DNA of 64,000 nucleotides, taken from NCBI RefSeq assembly GCF_000143415.4, contig NW_003314415.1, positions 136,772-200,771 on the forward strand. The letters are read 5' to 3'. The notes beneath the pieces were generated by a model. The model made no database searches. It saw only the letters and a program-made list of their open reading frames with translations, and had not been told where the DNA came from. Source of the stretch: Selaginella moellendorffii (taxonomy: Eukaryota; Plantae; Lycopodiophyta). Position 1 is the first letter of the stretch; every line of letters begins with the position of its first letter. Made by a program: the position numbers and the translations under genes. This document shows positions 56,431 to 64,000 of the stretch, in pieces.

Positions 56431-57168
56431 CGCTGTTGCGTACTCAACCCCTGTTGCAGCCGCCAGTGCTTGTTTTTTATCCAAGGTCTGTAATCCTGTC
56501 TGAAAGAGATTTCAAAAAGGAGAAAGGTGACTTTACCTCATTCTGCAAGTTGAATTGCTGCATTGACCAAATGCGTGGTGTAGCCTTTGCAGAAGAAAGA
56601 AGCACTGCTCGGCGGTGCACATAAAAATCTGGAGATGCAGCTTACTCCTTCAAATGTTTTGGACATTTAATTAAGCAATATAATATTCCAATATTTTAAA
56701 ACAATAAAGAACAATCTTTCTGTAAATAGTTCTGATAATGTGGCTCCAGCAGCGCCAAGCACTCTTTTGCTGTAGGCCTCAACTGTGGGACAGCCTGCAA
56801 GCAGCGATTCATGAGCCGACATCATCCCTGATTGACAATGAAAACCCCGAAAGTGCAAAGCCAAATTAAGAATTCTAAAGTACAAACATATACTTGTGTA
56901 CATTCTTTGGCAAAGTTGAATATAAAAAAGTAATAATTATTTATTAGAAAATAAAATAATGATAATAATTAATATATAATACTCAGCAGTGGTCTTATAA
57001 AGAACATAACCTCAAGTCTTTGAGAGTCAGCAAGTGTTTTTTAAGTTAAAACATAATTATTATCTTTAGAAGAACAAGATTAGCTACACAATAATAATAT
57101 AAACTTAATTTTAAGTTTTATATTTTATTCAATCATATCCATTTAAAATTAGTATAACTAGCAGTCTT

Positions 57169-57649
57169 TTACACCATGCATGTATCTCCTACATATGCTA
57201 AGTTATCTTGCTCAATCCAAGTTCCTATGTCAAAATGCACTGCAAAATTATTTGAGGGAGTTGAAAAATCAATCCAATCAATATACCATCCAGCATGAGA
57301 TCCTGTATCCTGTTCTCATGTGATACTATCACTTTACATATTTTATCTTATTCTGATAGACATGTACCTTGAACATCAAATACATCAGTATTGCAACGTT
57401 CAAAGTCATCATAACCTTTATGATCCAAATTTCTGTAAGCCAAACTGACTCCTGAAAATGAAGTAAATATTATATCCACATTTGCATTAGTACCCAGTAA
57501 CCAAACACATCCAGTTTTGATTATAATTTTATACTTACACTAAAAGAAAACATTAAGCTTGAAAAGTTTGAAACACAATTTACCTGTGCTAAAGAAATTT
57601 CAACATAAATAATAATATAAAAAATTGGTAATATAGTAAATTTCATCAT
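57169..57649 (-). pseudogene. Secreted PLAT/LH2 (ATS3-like) domain gene with one stop and one frameshift
   Basis: Exon 1 MMKFTILPIFYIIIYVEISLAQ; exon 2 CKYKIIIKTGC..GTNANVDIIF...DDFERCNTDVFDVQGTCLSE*DKICKVIVSH, then shifted frame HAGWYIDWI...HFDIGTWI. Confidence 0.75.
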
Positions 57650-58805
57650 CAAACTTCTATCAACTATTAAGATAATTTAAAACCTTTTTTACTTTGTAAA
57701 TTATATATCCAAAACTTTTAAAAAGTTATACATTGTGATGATCAATATAAAAAGTTTGATAACTTTAACTAGCTAAAATTAAATATAAGTCTTATCACTA
57801 CTTATAATAAGATAAAATATTATAAACTCCATATGTAAGGTCTATAAATATTTATACATATATACATATATTACAGTAATGCACTAATTATGGACAATCC
57901 ATTTAGGATTGAAACTTATTCTTGTATATAAGTAAAGGTTTAAGCCCTAATTAATATACTTACTCCTATGTCCCAAACACTCACATTGGTGGAAGTGCAA
58001 GGCACTATAATTTGTCCTTAGAGGGTAAAGCTTTTTGGTAGTGCTTTGCTGTAGTGTTTGGGATTATATTGTTATTTTTATTCCTTCATTCTTATTTAGA
58101 TCCAGATTTGTATTATCTTTTTGCTAGAACTTTAGTTATTGTTGTGGAAAGTTTGTTGTTCCTTATGATCTCCATTGCATTTCCTTTTACCATACCACAC
58201 TCTCATCACAAAAAAATGTCATTTGAGGTTGATGTTGCTCCATTGTATTGAGCTTTTGGTGTTATGAAGTATGATTATATTAATGTTGTACCCATCCTTA
58301 GTGTGTTGTCATCTCTAACTTCCATGGGATGTGATTATATAATTTTTTTTATTCTCAATGTCCTACCATCTTCTATTAATGTGGAGTGTGATCAATTGGA
58401 AAGTTATGGATAATGCAATCTAGTTCTTAGAGAATGTTTGAGCATCAAATGTATGGGAAAATGATGTGTACAAGCTCAAATGGATTCTAGATTATGATAA
58501 AGAGCTTGATTATTATAAAAATAACTTTAAAGATAAGTTATAGACTTTGTAGAGTAAGTGTTAACTCTCGCTTGCATGCCTATCCTTGTTCTACATTTGG
58601 CTTAGGTCTAAGCCCAAGCTCCATATAATGTTAGCTGGTGAAGTATTCATATTCTTGTGTTAGACCATCAGTATACTAAAATAACACTAAATTCTGTTTG
58701 TTCCATTTTGCATACTAATTTTGGCATTGGGATGTTGGAAACTCTCGGATTGTTCCAACATTGCTTCGTGCTTTTGTCCCTTCACTCCCTAGATTGTATG
58801 TTTGG

Positions 58806-61311
58806 TGTCAAGACCCCTAACAAGATCAAGACTGGAAAATGCAGAAGACAAAGAGAAAAGCTAGTGGAAACAAAAAAAGGCCTTAGACTAGCGTTGATTC
58901 AAATTGTGGAGAAATGGAACAAGGCTAACCTATATATACTATAGGTTGATAAACCTCCACCACTCTTGGATCGAAGGCGGCCTAAATATAACTGAGGTTG
59001 AGGAGGCGCCACATCATCATCAGGAATGTGGCTCGAGACTCAGGAATCGTACAGGAAATCAGAGAGTCAAAAATAGGGAAGTGTCTTGAGAGCTAGGAAT
59101 AGGGAAGTGTCTCGAGAGTTAGGAATGTGGTCTGCAAGTCAAGAATCTGGCGAGAGTCAGGAATGTGGCAAGAATTGGGGGATTCCTGATAGCACCCCCT
59201 CCTCAAGAATGAGTGGAACGAGGATGTGAATGAGAACGAAGAGGAGGATGAGATGGGCGGCGAGGGACGGGAGATGGAGAAAAAGATTGAGGACTGGGAT
59301 GAGAAGGATAGCAGCAGTGGAAGTCTTGAACAAGGTCAGGAGAATGAATCAGGTTATTTGCAGGTTCCCAAGTACGTTCTTCAAGTCCATAACCCTTCCA
59401 ATCGACCAGATAGTAGAGTTTAGACCGTGAGATCTTGGAATCAAGGATATCCTAAACCTTGTACTCAAACCCATCCTCAAGCTACACTGGTGGAGGCAGA
59501 GGAATGACCCAATTTGGAATAGGACTGAGAATATAAGGCTCAAGGAGAGAGGAGTGAAAAACATGGTGAATTTGATATGAAGAGGGAAGTGCAATGTGAT
59601 AAGTGACAGGATTAATGATGGTAGTGATAGGGAAAGGATCGAGGCGTTTGAAATAGAGTTTGGAACATGGCCTGGTGATGGAGATATTTCGCCTGAGGAG
59701 CTAGACTTTATCCCCGATATTGTAAGGGGGACAATCCTGACGATGGATATTGGCAAATGTTTTGTGAGATTCCTGAGCACGATGGAGGTGGAAAGAGATG
59801 GAGTTGTGGATTTCCTGGAGGTTGGAGACAAATGCCTCAGAGCGGGATTTGAATGACAAGATTCGGATGGAGAAGGAAGTGAGAGATTGAATTGGGGATT
59901 TCAGCCAGAGTTCGCAAAGAAGAGGGAAACTCGAAGAGAGGAGTGAACAGAGTTGTTATAGAAGAACTCAACAAGGGGAAGGATATTGAACCAGTCATCC
60001 TGATGATAGTTGATGAAACACCTTAGGAATTGTTCTAACATCTAAATCGTTTTCTTGGATTTTCCATCAGTTTGAGGATGATACGCCGAAGAGAGGTTGG
60101 CCTTCACTCCGAACAGCTGCAAAAACCGTTGCCAGAAATGAGAGATGAACTAAGGTCCCCGATCTGAAACCACATCTGTAGGAATCCTATGAAGTTGAAA
60201 AATTTCCCTGAATACAAATTTTGCCATGTCCTCGCTCGAAAACTCCTTGGTACACGGCAAGAAGTGCGCCATCTTTGTGAAGCGATCCACCATGACTAAA
60301 ATGCTGTTGAAGCCTCCAGATTTCAGAAGATCACTCAAGAAATCCATGGAGATGGATTCCCAAGGACCTGAAGGGACCGGGAGGGAACAAAGCAAACCTG
60401 AAGGAAGGTGGTGAGGTACCTTATTCCGGGCGCAAGTGTCATAGGAGGTAACAAAAGCTTTGATGTAGTTGTCCATGTGAGACCACCAAAAGTCCCATGT
60501 AATGAGCTCATAGGTTTTTGCAATGTCGAAGTGATCAGCAATTAGGCTATCGTGGCACGCCATCAGGACCAACCTTCGAGCATCACCTTTAGGAACGTAA
60601 AGTTGCTCCCCACGGTACAACAAGCCATCTAAGAACTCGAACTCGTCAAATCGTCGGCAGTCGGGAGTCACTGGGTGTCCAGCCTGAAGATGGGGGAAAA
60701 TGTCGTTGGCAAGGTCATCGGATTGAAGATCATTTCTGATCGCATCCATCAAGGAGGAGTCCTGAGGGGCTAGAGAAATTGCCATAACTTGAAGCCGATA
60801 AGGACCAAGGATAACCTGATCCTGTTGATCAAAGGCAGGATTACCAGGCTTGAGACTGAGATAGGAGCGCCTTGAAAGAGCATCAAGAAGGCCTTGAAGC
60901 TTTCCTGGTCTATATTTGATAACAAAGTCAAACCGACTTAGGAATTGTGCCCACCTTGCCTGACGACGGCTCAAAACTCAGGAAGTGGCAAAGTACTCGA
61001 GATTTTTGTGATCCGTCTAGACCGTTGTTTGATGGCTTCCCCCCTCCAAGAAACGATGCCACTCTTCAAAGGAATCCACGATGGCAAGGAGCTCCTTGTC
61101 GTGGATTTCATAATTGATCTCTGCAGGCTGGAATTTTCGAGAATGGAAAGCGACTGGATGAAATTCCTGATCTGCTCTGAGTTGAGACAGCACAAAACCG
61201 ATGGCAAAGTCAGAGGCATCAGCCTCAATGAAGAAAGACTGTGAGGGATCAATATGGATCAAGACGGGAGGAGAACTGAAGGCCGCCTTGAGTGTGTTAA
61301 AGGCCTGCTCG
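58806..61311 (-). mobile_element. Ty3/gypsy chromovirus 3' part: RNase H, integrase, chromodomain, PPT, 3' LTR (58806-59191)
   Basis: EADASDFAIG, NYEIHDKELLAI, RQARWAQFLSRF, WESISMDF, VDRFTKMAHF, VVSDRGP; chromodomain YYLVDWKGY..EERTWEP; PPT GAGGAGGGGG; LTR ends ...TGACA. Contains stops and frameshifts. Confidence 0.92.
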
Positions 61312-62294
61312 TGTAAGTGACTAAATTTTCCATTCTACTTTAGTCACTTAACCACACCTCCGACCACTTAGAGGAGTCTCACTCACAACCTCCATAAGTC
61401 TTCTTTTGGATTTGGGCTTGCTAGCCCCGAGAATGGCATCCCCGCCACTCAACCATTGCACTTGGTCCAAGTGCTCCACGTGTCCAACCCCATGACTGAC
61501 ACCCCAAGGTACCACTGACATATCAGCCCATTACGCTAAGGCCACGCCCATTCACCTTGGTTACACTAGTGGTCTGACACCACCTGCATCAAAGTCCCGT
61601 TTCTCAAAGACTAGGCCATCCATCCATGAGTGATCATCCCAGATCCACTCCTTAGCATCCTTAGGATGCCCACAGACATGGGGATTAGCCTTCCCCAATA
61701 TCCCTTTTCTAGTCCCCACCAAATCCCTTTCTGTCCATGGCCATGTTCGCCAACACTGCCACTAGATCAAGGCCCACAAGCCCGACCACTAAGTCCCTCA
61801 ATCCTCTGGGACCTCCTCCTCACATGACCGTATCCTTGGTTTTTACACTAGAAGATGGCTCTTCTTCCTTTTCACAGTCTGGGACTTTGGGGCAACATTT
61901 CGGAACACCGTGGTCTTACGCGAGCCTCGTGGGTACTCTCCCTGCCTTCTGCCCTTGGGTGCTCTAGCCATGGGCTTAGAGCGAGGTTCCGTTGAGCCAT
62001 GCTAGGTATCCAAGTAGGTAGTGCCACCTACACTTGGACTGGAAGCATCGGCCAGTCGATCTCCCGGGGGAACTAGAGCGGGCTCTTGAACACTTCACCA
62101 AGCTACCCTGCTTGTCAGTCCGTGTTCACTCTAATCTTGGACTTCCCAATAGGCAGCTCATCACCCAACACTGGGTACAGCCTTCTTAGGCCAAACTGGC
62201 TCCACTGCAGTCCTCCCCCCTTACTATACTTTTGGAGCTCACCAAGCCCCCCAGGGCCTGGAAGATGAACGCTTTGGGCTTTCACCCTCTCAGA

Positions 62295-62755
62295 CTCAAA
62301 CTCGGACTCGGACTCGGACTCGGACTTCGGGCTCGGGCTTGGTCTCGGCCTCGGTCTCAGTCCCGATCTCGGTCTCGGTCTCGGTCCCAGTCTCGGTCCT
62401 GGTCTCGGTCTCGGTCTTGACCTCAGATTCCATCTTGGGTCCTTCTCGGACTCCATCTCGAACTCCATCTCGGGTCCATCTTGGACTCCATCTCGGGTCC
62501 ATCTCGGACTCCATCTCGAACTCCATCTCGGGTCCATCTTGGACTCCAACTTGGGTCCATCTCGGACTCCATCTCAGACTCCAACTCGGGTCCATCTTGG
62601 ACTCCATCTCGGACTCATCTCAGACTCCATCTCGCATCCATCTCGGACTCTACCTCGGACTCCAACTCGGGTCCATCTTAGACTCCATCTCGGGTCCATC
62701 TCAGACTCCATCTTGGGTCCATCTCGGACTCCATCTCGAGTCCATCTCGGACTCT
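62295..62755. repeat. Tandem array: 6-bp units (CTCGGA/CTCGGT) grading into 12-bp units (GGACTCCATCTC/GGGTCCATCT(C/T))
   Basis: Periodicity is directly visible; it generates spurious overlapping ORFs. Confidence 0.9.
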
Positions 62756-63227
62756 TCCATATGTCATGTGTTGGTCCTTTTGGGTCCTTTTTTGGAGCCT
62801 CACTTATTGCTCGCTTCGTACTCGTTCCTCAAGCCCTTCGTTGGGAGTTCCACTCCTGCTCTCAACCTTTCAAGTCGGAGCTTTTGGTCCAAACGTGTTA
62901 CACTCGTTTGGCTTTCGCTTCGGCCACTACCACGTGGCACCCTTCCAGCTCCACTTTGGGGCCTAGGGCTTTGTGTCTCACAACTCCACCACCCATAGAC
63001 GAAGTTTGATATCCTCATCAAACGGTAACCCTTTTATAAAGTAACACCCACATGTATTACCGTTTCCATCCTTGGCACCCGGCCAATATTTGTCTATAGT
63101 TTGACACCGAAGGCTCACCATGCTTTGTCCATCCTCTAAGGAGCATAGTCTTTCCAACATAGGGACTCACTCGACCACCTGGGGTGGTTTGCTCCTTTTT
63201 ATTGGTTCAGTTCTCACTAAACCCGTT

Positions 63228-63384
63228 GGAGACACCCTCTCTAACTCAATTCCACTACTCATTCTCGAGTAATCTTAGATTCCATTGACATAACCTTTGC
63301 ACTTCTTAGAGACACCTTCTGTAACTCAATCCCATTACTCATTCTCGAGTAATCTTAGTTCGCATCGATATAACCTTTGCACTT
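63228..63384 (+). repeat. Two ~80-bp direct repeats
   Basis: GAGACACC..TAACTCAAT..TACTCATTCTCGAGTAATCTTAG..ATAACCTTTGCACT occurs twice. Confidence 0.8.
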
Positions 63385-64000
63385 TGGAACTTTTAATTTT
63401 GAGTTTTCAGAGTCAATTTCCTAGGTGTCTCCAACACCTTATGTTGCACATGGTGCAACTCCACTTCCCCATCCTAGGAAGTTCTTGACTTGAGGGCACC
63501 ATCATCCTCTCTTCAATATCATGCCACCTTTGGCACTATCCAGTTATCATATTTTGTGCTAGGGCTACCTACGACCTTATTATTTGGCTACCTTACTGCT
63601 CCCCCCCTTAAAGCGTCCACTTTCGCTAAATCGGAGCAATTGGGAATCCATCCTTGGAAAAACATTGCCTTTTCCATAATTCGTTAGCACCTAACACATT
63701 AGTGTTCCTGGCCTAACTTTGCCTTTTAAATTCTTCCCCATGATTCCCATGGCCCTTTTCTTAGCCACTAGTCTTTTGCTCCTATCCTTGATTGTTGCAC
63801 CTAGCAACATAGGATCGTTACCTCCATTTTCAAGGTATCTTTTCAGTTCCATAGCAAACATTTTGTTTTGCCAAGTCTAGAGGGGATTCACCCCTAGTAT
63901 GTCTCTTTAACATTTTCTGTTGTAGGCTCTATCCACAGCCCAACTTTGAGACCCTTTCTTGGATCTTTTATAGAGACTACTTTCCTTGGACTTACTATAC

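Larger units (their letters stand above)
61312..64000. mobile_element. Probable second LTR-type element nested in the chromovirus pol (extends beyond the window)
   Basis: The pol frame stops abruptly at a TGTAAG start; non-coding sequence with internal tandem arrays follows. No coding domain identified. Confidence 0.5.

Noticed and set aside
62115-63009. Several long overlapping ORFs, or a CRISPR-like array
   Set aside because: By-products of 6/12-bp tandem repeats; no unique spacers; eukaryotic context.

Overview
Eukaryotic plant nuclear DNA. The very compact genes, short GT-AG introns, telo-boxes, GID1, CVNH and S-motif-rich PPR genes point to a Selaginella-like lycophyte (inference, not verified). 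1-50.4 kb is gene-dense: GID1, three jacalin-aerolysin (natterin/Dln1-like) toxin copies inside a degenerate tandem duplication, NTAN1 plus a pseudogene copy, an alpha/beta hydrolase, a cyanovirin-N homologue, an uncharacterised MIM-motif protein, FtsHi1, plastid Asp aminotransferase, UFM1, a SWI2/SNF2 ATPase, two PLS PPRs, organellar IF2, a CASP-like gene, EAF6, tomosyn/Lgl and an XTH. After ~50.5 kb the sequence is a gap-containing relic zone (AT-rich over ~52.9-58.8 kb) with kinase, PEX10 and PLAT pseudogenes and a nested chromovirus. Two observations stand out. (1) Two apparently intact ~110-aa mini-genes encode only the tomosyn C-terminal R-SNARE module without a transmembrane anchor; they lie tail-to-tail with full-length tomosyn and differ mostly in the SNARE helix. 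(2) A head-to-head toxin pair has near-identical promoters and lectin domains but strongly diverged pore-forming domains. Multi-exon models were spliced by eye, so boundaries, especially N-termini, are approximate.
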